A DNA stretch of 63,631 nucleotides, the filler included, from Octopus bimaculoides (lineage: Eukaryota), in the NCBI RefSeq assembly GCF_001194135.2. It is 5 parts of 5 records of this genome, joined end to end, with 100 filler letters (N's around TTAATTAATTAA, not from the genome) between each part and the next. Parts side by side here need not be neighbours in the genome. Positions count along the whole stretch, not along the records: positions 61,996 to 63,631 come from NC_068986.1; 4 more parts are not named here. One strand, written 5' to 3'. The notes under the pieces are model-generated. The model made no database searches. It was not told where the DNA came from and was given only the letters and a program-made list of their open reading frames with translations. A program made the translations under genes and the position numbers. This document shows positions 63,606-63,631 of the stretch, piece after piece; the stretch's first letter is position 1, and each line of letters opens with the position of its first letter.

Positions 63606-63631
63606 GTATCTGTATAATCATATTTCAACAA

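Overview
Repeat-rich, AT-rich animal genomic DNA, inferred to be a coleoid cephalopod (Octopus-like). The basis is the dense (TA)n/(CA)n/(GATA)n/(AAT)n microsatellites, the octopus-type tRNA-derived SINE families, RTE and R4/Dong LINE remnants, Penelope-like elements (PLEs) and mariners. It is a draft assembly with many N gaps and TTAATTAATTAA linkers. Most ORFs in the supplied track are microsatellite or gap artefacts. The only long real ORF (16161-17210, minus) is the RT thumb plus GIY-YIG endonuclease of a young, 5'-truncated PLE. Host genes are visible only as candidate exons: a minus-strand gene in the right half (best exons 56721-56916, 54825-54927 and terminal 31153-31466), and a CpG-depleted, gene-body-like domain at about 0.5-21 kb with a tentative plus-strand exon chain. 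I cannot name either product. The most unusual signals are: several minimal hammerhead ribozyme (HHR) motifs from at least three repeat families; a composite element in which a tRNA-derived SINE head sits between inverted HHR-bearing arms (two copies); a ~100 bp near-perfect hairpin at 50.8-51.1 kb; and a sharp CpG-decay boundary at about 21 kb. No CRISPR arrays, rRNA or intact tRNA genes were seen. Repeat boundaries were read by eye and are approximate.
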